The notes: generated from the sequence alone by a model not told the origin. DNA of 47,988 bases from an uncultured Candidatus Saccharibacteria bacterium (GCA_964404565.1 CAYOKK010000001.1:5674-53661); one strand, 5' to 3'. Positions 22,715 through 31,900 are shown, counted from the stretch's first letter. Translations and numbers: made by a program.

Positions 22715-23818
22715 CTACGGCGCGGCTGCTTCTACAGCCGCAGCGCTCTGCGGAAGGACCGGATCGAGCGCGTGCGTCGCATTGAATGCCAGTACGCTGA
22801 GCGCGAATGCGATGACGATCAAGCCGCCAGAGAGGACTTCCAGGTACCGCACGCGGGCATGCGCAAAGAGCGCGAAGATGAGCAGCACTAGCAAGATGCC
22901 TGCGAGGCCGCCGAGCGCGTAGACGCTCGTATGGAGCGGCGATGCCGCGAGACGCTTGAAGAACTGCAAGGCGGTCGGTTCGCGCGCATACGTCTCGCCG
23001 GTCTGCACGCCGAGCACCGTCGTCGTGCTCACGGTGGAATCTTGTGCAGCATCTGCCGATTCGCCTGCTGAGTCGCTGCTCGCCTCGTCAGAATCAGTTC
23101 TCTCTTGTTCCTGTGCAACCGCGTCCGTTTCTTCCGGGGCAATGGTTTCGGGTTCCGTATCAGCCGTTTCCTTATCACCCGGCACCACCTCCCTCACCGC
23201 TACGGCGATCGGATTCTCTGTACGCGCTTCTTTGGTCACGGTCTGGTCCATGGGTTTTGCCGCGAATTCTTGCACGACGAAAACCGTCTCTTCTCCTTTG
23301 TATATTCCCTTCGCAACCGCATACCCCACGCGCGTATACTGCGGCTTCACGATATTGGCGCGGTGCGTGGGCGAATTCATCCACGCCTCCTCCACTTCCG
23401 AAGAGTCATCGAAGTTTACGGCAAGATTCTCTCCGGCATACGTGTATTCGTATCCTACCTGGTCGAGCCAATACCACGGAGATTTCCCTTCAGGACTCGT
23501 ATGCGCGAAGTATCCCTTCGCCGCCATGTCATTCGCCTTCAGCTGGGCTGCCTTCGCGAGCAGCGGGTCATTCACGAGCGGCGCGACGCCGTTATCTTCC
23601 CGATCGGCATTCGTAAGGCCGAGGAGCGCACCGGGAAGGACGGACGCGAGGAATGATGTGTCATCCTGTGCGATCTCCGTATCGATGACGTATGCGCCTT
23701 CGAAGAGAAGGATAGCGGCGAGGAGCGCAATCACCGCCGTCCGCTTAAAGAGCTTCGGATGGTATCCGTTCCCTGTATGGGGCACGAGAAGATCCTTGAG
23801 CGGTGAACGGGAAGCCAT
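22715..23818 (-). CDS. CAP/SCP (PR-1-like, YkwD-type) domain protein with N-terminal TM and acidic linker
   Basis: LAKAAQLKANDMAAKGYFAHTSPEG...GENLA...AWMNSPTHRANI. Confidence 0.8.
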   Translation of the reverse strand: MASRSPLKDLLVPHTGNGYHPKLFKRTAVIALLAAILLFEGAYVIDTEIAQDDTSFLASVLPGALLGLTNADREDNGVAPLVNDPLLAKAAQLKANDMAAKGYFAHTSPEGKSPWYWLDQVGYEYTYAGENLAVNFDDSSEVEEAWMNSPTHRANIVKPQYTRVGYAVAKGIYKGEETVFVVQEFAAKPMDQTVTKEARTENPIAVAVREVVPGDKETADTEPETIAPEETDAVAQEQERTDSDEASSDSAGESADAAQDSTVSTTTVLGVQTGETYAREPTALQFFKRLAASPLHTSVYALGGLAGILLVLLIFALFAHARVRYLEVLSGGLIVIAFALSVLAFNATHALDPVLPQSAAAVEAAAP

Positions 23819-23875
23819 TGCATTCAGAGTACGACGCTTTTACAAAACAGCAAGCCCGCGTAACTGATTCCCCCG

Positions 23876-24343
23876 TTATGCAAGTATCGAAAAAATACGG
23901 TACCCAGAGAATGTCCCGCCGTTCATGCGGGAAAGGATACAGCTGCGGATATGGCGCGTCTCTCCGTCAGCAAGCGTAAGATTCGTAGCGTGCAATTCAT
24001 ATGCATTCGGCTTCTTCGTGGGTGCGGCTTTTTCATGCAAGAGTGCTGGCTGGGAAGATGATGCTGCTATCGGAAGCGGCACCGGCAGCACGCCCGTCAC
24101 CTTCTCTCCGAGCACGTCTTTTTCCGTACGGCCGAATACCTGAGGCATATCTCCAGATGCGCGCACCACCCGCCCAGACGCATCGCTCTCTATCATCGTC
24201 CACGGCGTCTTCGCATCCGGCGCCCACGTCGTGAATGAACCGCATCTTCGGCACTTTACTTCGACAACGCTCGAAAACAGCAGCCCTTTGAAGAGGAGCT
24301 TCCCGCATGTACACCGATACTCGATAAGGTGAGGGGAACTCAT
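23876..24343 (-). CDS. Com-type zinc-ribbon fused to a PAS-like domain
   Basis: The N-terminus YRCTCGKLLFKGLLFSSVVEVKCRRCG matches the phage Mu Com pattern (RC..C.KLLFK....IEIKC.RC). The C-terminal approximately 110 aa look PAS-like. Confidence 0.6.
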   Translation of the reverse strand: MSSPHLIEYRCTCGKLLFKGLLFSSVVEVKCRRCGSFTTWAPDAKTPWTMIESDASGRVVRASGDMPQVFGRTEKDVLGEKVTGVLPVPLPIAASSSQPALLHEKAAPTKKPNAYELHATNLTLADGETRHIRSCILSRMNGGTFSGYRIFSILA

Positions 24344-24452
24344 ATGGCGCAGGAGGCCGTTGTTGGCCGTTCCTTATATATAAGAGTACTGAATGAAATA
24401 TAAAGAAATCCTCAAGAAATCTCGCATTTTGACTAGAACCTGTTGATAACTT

Positions 24453-25859
24453 TTAAGCCATTTCACTGAGGAATTCGACGCTACGGCGCTGTTCGGCAAG
24501 CGCTTCCTGCGCGGTCCGCTCATTCCGGCTTATGAACTGCTCAAGCGGAGCAGGGTTCTCAACGAAAGAGAGCGTCTTAAGAGCTTCACGCGACTGTCGC
24601 GTATGCGCGAGCACTGATTCGCAGACCGGAACGAGCGTCTGGAACCAGAAGAGATGCTCGAGCTCCGGCATGTCCTTTTTCAGGTCTATCGTCTTCCGTT
24701 CGGGATGCTCCTCTTTCCATACAGAGAGGAGTTTCGCGACAACCGTCGATATATGGCCGCGCGCCAAATCTTCCTTCCAGTCGTGCGCATCATCGTTGAG
24801 CTGCATCGCGATGAGGTAGTGCGCGAAGTACGGAAGGAGGCCGGCCACTTCAGGGCCGTCGAGCGTATACCCAAGTCCAAGCAGCATGACGACAGGCCCG
24901 AGCACGTGGCCGGCAGCAGGAAAGAACTTTATATCGTACGCTCCGTATGCGGGCAGTTTCTCAGGAACCTGGAGGCGGGAGCCGGTGCGCTTCAGGCGGC
25001 AGGCGCGCATCTCCCACCCGTTCGCTGCATCCAGCTGATCCATGAGGCTGTGGAAGAAGGCGGGGAAACCGCTTTCTTCCGGCGCGCCGCGCTCGAAGAA
25101 TGCAGTGTAGTGCCGCGCGAAGAGATTCGCGATAGGAAGCAGTTTCGGCTCAGCCGCCTCATCTTCATCCCAGAAATCGTCATAGATGATGAAGGCGGTC
25201 CAAAAGAAGATGTTTGCCAGGCCAAGCTCTGCAGTGCGCTCATCGCTGAAGCGTTCGCCCGCACTCCCGAGCGCCTGGCGAAGGTACAGCGGCATGAGCG
25301 ACATCTGCTTGTCGGGGTTCCCGCGCATCGTGCGGCCGATAACGCTGCGCGCATCTTCGGCAAAAGCTTTAGGGAGCGTCGAGAACCGGTCGTTCGCCGC
25401 ACGGAATATCGCTCTCATGATCCGTTCTTCTTCAGGCGTAACGCGTTCGCCTGAACTAGGTTCCGCAGACAAGCCTTCGCCGGTTCGATACTCGCGCAGG
25501 AGCATTTGGAGCTGAGGCGTCTCGACATACGCCGAAGATACGCTATCAAGATCAGAAAACTGCTTTGCGAGGAAGACGTCGAGGTTCGGAAGGCGTACGC
25601 CCTGTCGCGCGAGAAAGACAGCGACAGCTAGGTTGAGGCCAGTATCAGCCTTCTTGAGCGAACCGTCAGAAGCTGCTGCGTACGGGCCTCCTTCCGCTAC
25701 CTCATGCGCAGCGAGCCCCGCGAGAATGCGTGCGAGTCCCGCGCCGTCGGTAACGGTTCTGTGCGCCAAAGACGCGAGAATATCGGAAAGGAACGAAGGA
25801 GGTGGAGGAGTCCGCATACGGCATACCCCGAGCGCATGCGCATCGGGTGCGGAACTCAC
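24453..25859 (-). CDS. Divergent isoprenoid (polyprenyl/terpene) synthase-fold protein, hypothetical
   Basis: Two DDxxD motifs 129 aa apart: IIYDDFWDEDE (25181-25167) and MQLNDDAHD (24794-24780). The second is in an FQxxDDxxD-like context. The GTG start overlaps the HK stop (GTGA); an alternative ATG is at 25817. Confidence 0.45.
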   Translation of the reverse strand: MSSAPDAHALGVCRMRTPPPPSFLSDILASLAHRTVTDGAGLARILAGLAAHEVAEGGPYAAASDGSLKKADTGLNLAVAVFLARQGVRLPNLDVFLAKQFSDLDSVSSAYVETPQLQMLLREYRTGEGLSAEPSSGERVTPEEERIMRAIFRAANDRFSTLPKAFAEDARSVIGRTMRGNPDKQMSLMPLYLRQALGSAGERFSDERTAELGLANIFFWTAFIIYDDFWDEDEAAEPKLLPIANLFARHYTAFFERGAPEESGFPAFFHSLMDQLDAANGWEMRACRLKRTGSRLQVPEKLPAYGAYDIKFFPAAGHVLGPVVMLLGLGYTLDGPEVAGLLPYFAHYLIAMQLNDDAHDWKEDLARGHISTVVAKLLSVWKEEHPERKTIDLKKDMPELEHLFWFQTLVPVCESVLAHTRQSREALKTLSFVENPAPLEQFISRNERTAQEALAEQRRSVEFLSEMA

Positions 25860-27295
25860 GGTTCTCGTATGGGTAAGTATAGCGTGAAGGCTGAGCCCTC
25901 GCCGAGAGCGGTGTCGACAGTTATCGTCCCGTGAAAATCTTTCTCGGCGATGCGCTTGGCAAGAGAAAGGCCCAGGCCGAGGCCTTCTTCGCGTTCCTTG
26001 GTGGTAAAGAACGGGTCGAAGATGCGCGATACATCGTCCTCAGCGATGCCCTTTCCGTAATCGCGCACGCAGATCACTGCATGACCGGCTTCACGGGAAA
26101 GCGTCACCGTCACGTCACGCGCGGTTCGAGACGAACTATCTGATGCCGCTTCTGGTGCCAGCCGGTATGACTGGATCGCGTTGCTGATCAGGTTCGTGAG
26201 CGCCTGGGTGAAAGATACAGGGTCGCCGTACAGATGCAGGTCTTCCGGCGCGGAGAGGCGGAGCTTGACGGTACGTTCCCGCGCATACGACGCGAGAATG
26301 CCGGTCACCTCTTCAAGCACCGTGCGTACGGAAAACAGTTCTTGCGCTCCTTCCCGCACCAGATGCTTCTTCATGGAACCGAGCAAGGACTGCATATGCG
26401 CGGCGGCGCGCTTCGCGCGCCGCGCGTCTTCTGAGAGCGTGGTACGCGCCTGCGGCGCATCCGCGATCCGATCGATGTTGAGCGAGAGCGCCGCGAGCGG
26501 GTTCATAAGGTCGTGGAAGATCCCGCTTGCCAAGCGGCCGAACTCGACGAACCTGTATGCCTGGCTCATCCGTTCGAGCTCCGCCTGCCGCAGCTCTCGG
26601 GTACGCTCTTCCACACGCACCTCAAGCAGGTCGCGCTCCTCTTTCAAGGCTGCTTCCGAACGCCGCGCCCGCGCGAGCGATTTCCCTATCTCGCGGTTAC
26701 TGAGCCATGCGACCGTCGCGACGATCGCGTAGATGATGACGGTCATGATCACGTCGCCCCACCGCCACGTGTCTCCGCGCCAGTACGTATCGACGGCGAC
26801 GATACCCTGCTGCTGCGCGTATGCCGTTGCGCACATGACGATCGCGATCAGTACCGTGGTCAGGAATGCTGTGCGCGTACTCAGGAGAATGCCCGCCATC
26901 ACGATGACGAGGGGATAGAAGACGATCTGCGCGGGAACATCGACGCCCCATCGGTACCCCATATATGCCGTAAGCAGGAGGAAGGCGCCGACGAGAAGGT
27001 AGGACGGCAGCCGTACCATCCGGTTTCGCGAAAGCGCATACAAGCCTGCGAAAAATATGAAAATGAGATAGAGCGCGAGTTCTGGCAGCGACTCTGCCTC
27101 ATGCGCAAGCGGATCTGAGAAAATACGGTGGATGCCGTCGATGAGCACGCCGGTACCGAAGAGCGCGAGCAGGCTTAGCAGCAGGACGTTGAGGATAAAT
27201 TCTCGGCGCGCCGTATCTTCGTCATGCGACTTAGGCGCTGTAGCGTTCCTAAGAAAAGAGAAGAAGCCGAACGGCAGTTTCAAGACTGAGTTCAT
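25856..27295 (-). CDS. Membrane sensor histidine kinase
   Basis: About 6 TM helices; H-box FHDLMNPL; N box LISNAIQS; G boxes DYGKGI and GLGLGLSLAK. Start chosen at MNSVLKL (27295). The track extension to 27493 looks non-coding. Confidence 0.85.
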   Translation of the reverse strand: MNSVLKLPFGFFSFLRNATAPKSHDEDTARREFILNVLLLSLLALFGTGVLIDGIHRIFSDPLAHEAESLPELALYLIFIFFAGLYALSRNRMVRLPSYLLVGAFLLLTAYMGYRWGVDVPAQIVFYPLVIVMAGILLSTRTAFLTTVLIAIVMCATAYAQQQGIVAVDTYWRGDTWRWGDVIMTVIIYAIVATVAWLSNREIGKSLARARRSEAALKEERDLLEVRVEERTRELRQAELERMSQAYRFVEFGRLASGIFHDLMNPLAALSLNIDRIADAPQARTTLSEDARRAKRAAAHMQSLLGSMKKHLVREGAQELFSVRTVLEEVTGILASYARERTVKLRLSAPEDLHLYGDPVSFTQALTNLISNAIQSYRLAPEAASDSSSRTARDVTVTLSREAGHAVICVRDYGKGIAEDDVSRIFDPFFTTKEREEGLGLGLSLAKRIAEKDFHGTITVDTALGEGSAFTLYLPIREP

Positions 27296-27513
27296 ACGTG
27301 CGTACGGGCATCGGCGTGCCTCTAAATTAGGTGCTTGAGCTAGCCGCTCCATGGGCTGCCGACCTGTACGGCCGAGACCAGGAGCGCGGTAAGCGCGGCG
27401 TTGTTCCGCACAGCTCTGCTGCTCAAGAATGCGGTCATGAGATCTCTCATAACGAATACCCGTTACTACGTAATAATAGTTCGACCTATACACTAGTATA
27501 CCGGCGCGCGTTC

Positions 27514-28170
27514 CTAGCTGATCACATATCCCCGCCCGTGTATCGTGCGGATGAGCTTATCCTTCCCTATCTTCTTACGTACGTTGGCGAGGTGCGTCTC
27601 TACCGAATTGGAGAACGGGTCGGCGGCGGCGCTCCACACATGCTCGATGAGCTCCTCCTTCGGAACGACCGAACCTTGGTGACGCATGAGGTATTCGAGG
27701 AGCGAAAACTCTTTTCCGGTCAGGGGGAGCAGCCGTGAGCGGTACCAGGCGCGCCGCTGCTGCGCATCGATCTTGAGATCGCCAGCCTGCAGCACGTCGG
27801 GAATGACCGCGTGCGAACGGCGCAGGAGCGCGCGCATGCGCGCGACCAGCTCCTCGAAGACGAACGGCTTCTCAAGGTAATCGTCCGCGCCTGCCGAAAG
27901 GAGCCGCACCTTCGATTCTGAGGTGCCGACGACCGTGAGCATAAGTATCGGCACCACGGGCGATGACTCTCGCAGATGCGTTACCACGTCTTCCCCGTCC
28001 ATATCAGGCAGGTTCAGGTCGAGCGCGATAAGGTCGTAGCCGTGGAGCTGGGCAAGGCGCACCCCTTCCTCGCCCGTCGCTGCCAGGTCGCAGGCAAAAC
28101 CCTGCGGAGGCAGGTGCTGACCGAGGAATCCGGCAATCTCCTGGTCGTCTTCGATGATGAGGATGCGCAT
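27514..28170 (-). CDS. OmpR-family response regulator
   Basis: REC domain with ILIIEDD, DLIALDLNLPDMDG and KPF, plus a winged-helix C-terminus ending RTIHGRGYV. Confidence 0.9.
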   Translation of the reverse strand: MRILIIEDDQEIAGFLGQHLPPQGFACDLAATGEEGVRLAQLHGYDLIALDLNLPDMDGEDVVTHLRESSPVVPILMLTVVGTSESKVRLLSAGADDYLEKPFVFEELVARMRALLRRSHAVIPDVLQAGDLKIDAQQRRAWYRSRLLPLTGKEFSLLEYLMRHQGSVVPKEELIEHVWSAAADPFSNSVETHLANVRKKIGKDKLIRTIHGRGYVIS

Positions 28171-28199
28171 GAATATATAAAGGATAGCATCACGAGCGC

Positions 28200-28979
28200 C
28201 TACATGAGCGAGGCGCCGATCAGCCCGCTCTCGTCCCGGAAGGCTGCGAGCGCAAGCGGCGGAAGCGGAAGCGTGCCGGCGAGATGCGCGAGCCGCGCAG
28301 AGACAACCTGCATGCGATATCCGTCTTTTTCATCCATAAGAGAACCGTTCAGCACGAGCATATCAGGCCTCCACTCACGGACGAGGCCGTAGAGCCCTTC
28401 GGCCAGGACTCCTGCACGTTCATCGAGGACGCTGCGCGGAAGCCCGGCCGCCGGCATCCCGAATTCTTTCTCAAGCGCTGCGCCGCCGACAAGAGACTCG
28501 AGCGTTCTTCCCGTATCGTGATCGATGATCTTCTTGCCCGGTTCGAGCGTTCGCGCTGCAGGAGCGAGCCGGCCGTCTTCGAGCAGCGCGCCGCCTACGC
28601 CGGTTCCTACGGTGACGTACCCAACCCTATGCGTGCCCTTTCCTGCGCCAATACGCGCTTCAGCGACGCCGGCGATAGCCGCATCATTATATAGGCGGAT
28701 CGGAAACGAGAGTTCCTGCGTCCACTCCTCTTCAAGGGGTGCGCCTTCCCACGCCGGGAGATTCGGTGATTCTATCAGTACGCCGCCCTGAAACGTGCCG
28801 GCGATGCCGGCGACCATCCCAGACGGAACTTCAGACTGCAGAGCGACGTACGCACTGATGAGCCGGAGCGCCTCTGCAGGCGCCTCGGGCGTCGGATATC
28901 GCGCGACACTCTTGATCGTTCCATTGTCTCCGAAAGCGAGGCGCATCGTCGTGCCGCCGATATCGCCTACGAGGTTCAT
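28200..28979 (-). CDS. ROK family sugar kinase (glucokinase-like)
   Basis: N-terminal GDIGGTTMRLA ATPase motif and GTGVGGA. 259 aa, with a 4-nt overlap with the upstream gene. Confidence 0.75.
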   Translation of the reverse strand: MNLVGDIGGTTMRLAFGDNGTIKSVARYPTPEAPAEALRLISAYVALQSEVPSGMVAGIAGTFQGGVLIESPNLPAWEGAPLEEEWTQELSFPIRLYNDAAIAGVAEARIGAGKGTHRVGYVTVGTGVGGALLEDGRLAPAARTLEPGKKIIDHDTGRTLESLVGGAALEKEFGMPAAGLPRSVLDERAGVLAEGLYGLVREWRPDMLVLNGSLMDEKDGYRMQVVSARLAHLAGTLPLPPLALAAFRDESGLIGASLM

Positions 28980-29905
28980 GCGGCGAGAGATTCCTTAAAT
29001 GCTTCTATGAACGGCACCTCGTCTGCCGGCACCTCGTACTGTCCGGCTAGGCGCGCGGCTACGCCGCGCGCCAGCATCCATACGTACGCAAGCCGCTCGA
29101 ATCGGTCCATAGCCGGAAGCGCCGCCGCTCGGATGCGCAGGCCGCGCGCCTGGGCGGCTTCCGCGAAGCGTTCCATCCGGTCGCGTATGCGCGCATCGTC
29201 ATGCGGGTCTTGCAGTATGAGGATCGAGAAGCGCGCCGAGAGCGGTGCCGTGTTCCCCAGCGGATCGAGCCCCTGCATCTCGTTATGGTTCAGTTCCGGA
29301 AAGACGTTGGCAAAGGCGGGAATCTTTCCCGTCTCGTTGAGCGTTATCTTCATGATGTACCCGAGCGCTTCGTTCTCAGTCGAGGCGTATATGAGCGGGA
29401 TACTGTTCATAAGGAAGTCGGCGGTCTCTTCCACATGGGCATGCGCCGTGTTCGCAAGCGCGGCCGTATCAGAAGCCGACGGCACTTCTTCTCCTAGGAG
29501 CGCGATGAGCGCCTTTGTCATATAGAGGAGCGCATCACGCGGCTGGAGCCCTGCAGGAACGGCAACGAGCGGCACCTTCGCCTTTCGCGCCTCCTTCAAG
29601 AGCTCTCCTCCTGAAGCTATGGCCGCAAGCGGTATCCCCTTTTCCTGCGCAGCGCGAAAGAACGATAGCGTCTCTTCCGTGTTCCCTGAGTACGATACGG
29701 CGATCGCTACCGCATCCGCAGGCAGCGGCTGGGGAAGGCCGTACGTCCGGTGCGCGATGAGCGGCGTGCCGGTAAGGAACGGCACTGCGCGTGCCGGAAG
29801 GCCCGAACCGCCCATGCCGCCGACAATGAACGCGCCCTTCGGAAGCGGCCCGTGCTCTATGCGCGGCACGTAGGCGAACTGGTCTTCAAGCGAGAACGTG
29901 CTCAT
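28976..29905 (-). CDS. Bifunctional phosphoglucose/phosphomannose isomerase (SIS domain, PGI/PMI type)
   Basis: GMGGSG and VSYSGNTEETL SIS motifs, approximately 310 aa, typical of archaeal/CPR-type PGI-PMI. Confidence 0.75.
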   Translation of the reverse strand: MSTFSLEDQFAYVPRIEHGPLPKGAFIVGGMGGSGLPARAVPFLTGTPLIAHRTYGLPQPLPADAVAIAVSYSGNTEETLSFFRAAQEKGIPLAAIASGGELLKEARKAKVPLVAVPAGLQPRDALLYMTKALIALLGEEVPSASDTAALANTAHAHVEETADFLMNSIPLIYASTENEALGYIMKITLNETGKIPAFANVFPELNHNEMQGLDPLGNTAPLSARFSILILQDPHDDARIRDRMERFAEAAQARGLRIRAAALPAMDRFERLAYVWMLARGVAARLAGQYEVPADEVPFIEAFKESLAA

Positions 29906-31092
29906 AGTTCCATCATATCAAGAATCAGCGTACCCCAGGTAAAGTCGTGTGCACCGTACGCTTCTCCTGTCTCAGGATTGAAGTACTCGCGCCATCCGTT
30001 CTTCTCGATGAGCGTGGCGGTACTGTCGCGGATCCACGCCGCTTCGTCGGCATACCCGTATGCGTTCAATCCTTGATAGATGAACCAGTGCGGCGCGAAC
30101 CACACCGGACCGCGCCAGAATCCGTCAGGCCGGTATGCAGGCTCTGCTTTCGAGGTTGTGCGGATACCATAGGGCGCACGGAACGTGTCCGGGTCGTGGA
30201 AGTGCCGCTCCATCAGCAGGTCGGCCTCCTCTTTCGTATAGAGATCCGCGAACAGCGGCACGAAGTGCGCCCAGGTCGCGACGCGGAGAAGCGCATGATC
30301 GTTCCCTGCTGCAGACCAGTACGCCCCGTCAAGGAAGAGCCGCTCCCGCATAGCTTCCTTGATGAGCCCGGCATGGAGCGTTGCGTAGTGCACAGCATCT
30401 TCGCGTCCGAGAAGCGAGGCGATATGCCCGAGAATCTCGAGGTTCTTCACGAGGATGGTATTGAACGGAACGTCCTTCACCCAGAAGAACTGCTTCATGC
30501 AGTCCTCTGCATTGAAATCGCATGTCAGGTTCTGCTCCATGAGCCTGCGGCGCTCCTGAATATGGCCGTCGAACGTGATATCCGTACCGACACCCATAGG
30601 AAGGTCGAAGCGCGGAGAGTTGTCTTCGCCCGACTCGTCCGGATTGATGATCCCGATCAGGTGGTGGTCGCGCGGATCGCGCTTGTCTATGAGGTGCCGG
30701 TAGAACGCTTCAAGATGAGGGAACAGTTCTTCGAGGAACGCCGTGTCCGATGTGGCACGGTATGCCTCCCATACGGCGTACGCGATCATCGGCGGCTGCG
30801 TTATCGAGCTCGTACCCTCTTTGCCCCATCCTACGTTGTAGGGGCGCTTGATCGAAGGGTCCCAAAAGATAATGTGCGGGATCATGCCGTCTGGGAACTG
30901 CTTCGCGCAGAGCGAGCGAAGCTCCTCTTTCGCCGCTTCGGGATCGAACTTCGCAAGGACAATGGCGTGGAAGCACGAATCCCAGAGCCACTGATAGGGA
31001 TAGACGTCCGGAGAAGGGATCGTGTACTGATGGCCGTCGGTTTGGCGGCGATTTTTTTCATAGAGCGCCTTCGCCTCTTTCATGAAGTCCAT
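29902..31092 (-). CDS. GH63-like / MGH1-like (alpha/alpha)6-barrel glycoside hydrolase
   Basis: YPYQWLWDSCFHAIVL, GMIPHI and WRGPVWF motifs, as in glucosyl/mannosyl-glycerate hydrolase-like enzymes. Confidence 0.7.
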   Translation of the reverse strand: MDFMKEAKALYEKNRRQTDGHQYTIPSPDVYPYQWLWDSCFHAIVLAKFDPEAAKEELRSLCAKQFPDGMIPHIIFWDPSIKRPYNVGWGKEGTSSITQPPMIAYAVWEAYRATSDTAFLEELFPHLEAFYRHLIDKRDPRDHHLIGIINPDESGEDNSPRFDLPMGVGTDITFDGHIQERRRLMEQNLTCDFNAEDCMKQFFWVKDVPFNTILVKNLEILGHIASLLGREDAVHYATLHAGLIKEAMRERLFLDGAYWSAAGNDHALLRVATWAHFVPLFADLYTKEEADLLMERHFHDPDTFRAPYGIRTTSKAEPAYRPDGFWRGPVWFAPHWFIYQGLNAYGYADEAAWIRDSTATLIEKNGWREYFNPETGEAYGAHDFTWGTLILDMMEL

Positions 31093-31201
31093 GTACTGAG
31101 GATACCAAATGCGCTACACGCGTTGTTCATACTTGACAATTTTTATACCTCGTGCTATATACCTAGGAGGGGGTAACTTTAATTACTCAGGAGATTTCAG
31201 A

Positions 31202-31900
31202 ATGCGTGCTCTATTCCTTGGTGCGCTGCTTGCCGCCACGTGTTTCGGCGGAAAAGCGTATGCTGCACCGCAGGAACGCACCGTGCAGCAGCCTACCTGG
31301 GTCGTTCCGATCCTAGAACCCGCTCCGCCGAAGGCCGAAGCTATGGCAGCAACGCCTCAAGCGGTACCCTCGGCCCCTGTGCCGAAAACGCCCGAACCCG
31401 TGCCGCCCAGACCGGCTGCGCAGGTTCCGGACGCTTCCCTCTCACAGGGAGATCCGCGGTGGAAGAACAAACTGCTCGCTCGAGGGGTAACCGTCGGGAA
31501 AGCAGGATGTCTTTTTATGTCCTTATTCACCTCCGTGGTGGAGCTGGGATACCGCTTCGGCGTGCTCGACTTCCTGGATCTGCTGAAGGACAACAGTATC
31601 TTCGACAGCCGCGGACGGCTCCGCTGGGACCTGAGCAAGGTTCTTCCAGGGCTTTCTGCAAAGCGCCTGCTCCTTTCAGGAGAGGCTGCGCTTCGGATGG
31701 CTCGCGAAAGCATCGCCGCCGGCAGCCGCGTGCTCGTCGAGGTCGCTACCTCGCACGGCACCAAGCACTGGGTCGCCATCGTGAAGACGATCGGGGATTC
31801 CTTCCTCATCGCCGACCCAGATGGCGGCAAGGTGGGCACGCTTTCCGACCTGTACAGTACGAAACGCGTGACCGGCCTGGCTGTGCTCACGCAGAAATGA
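31202..31900 (+). CDS. Secreted papain-like (C39-like) cysteine peptidase domain protein with Pro-rich linker
   Basis: AGGAG lies 7 nt before the ATG. Signal peptide MRALFLGALLAATCFGGKAYA. Candidate Cys in KAGCLFMSL and His in KHWVAIV...DPDGG. Confidence 0.55.
   Translation: MRALFLGALLAATCFGGKAYAAPQERTVQQPTWVVPILEPAPPKAEAMAATPQAVPSAPVPKTPEPVPPRPAAQVPDASLSQGDPRWKNKLLARGVTVGKAGCLFMSLFTSVVELGYRFGVLDFLDLLKDNSIFDSRGRLRWDLSKVLPGLSAKRLLLSGEAALRMARESIAAGSRVLVEVATSHGTKHWVAIVKTIGDSFLIADPDGGKVGTLSDLYSTKRVTGLAVLTQK

Noticed and set aside
25859-27493. The full-length 545-aa version of the histidine kinase.
   Set aside because: The first 66 residues are compositionally aberrant and would start 21 nt after the RR stop inside an AT-rich promoter-like stretch. 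The start at 27295 is preferred but not proven.
29947-31176. Long antisense ORFs opposite confidently assigned genes:
- 29947-31176 (409 aa)
- 21383-22483 (366 aa)
- 22956-23867 (303 aa)
- 42017-42871 (284 aa)
- 32165-32998 (277 aa)
- 24654-25454 (266 aa)
- 11442-12167 (241 aa)
- 13067-13786 (239 aa)
- 3649-4356 (235 aa)
- 47149-47967 (272 aa)
   Set aside because: They are Arg/Val/His-rich, lack motifs, signal peptides and SD boxes, and mirror strong family motifs on the other strand. These are typical shadow ORFs of GC-rich DNA.
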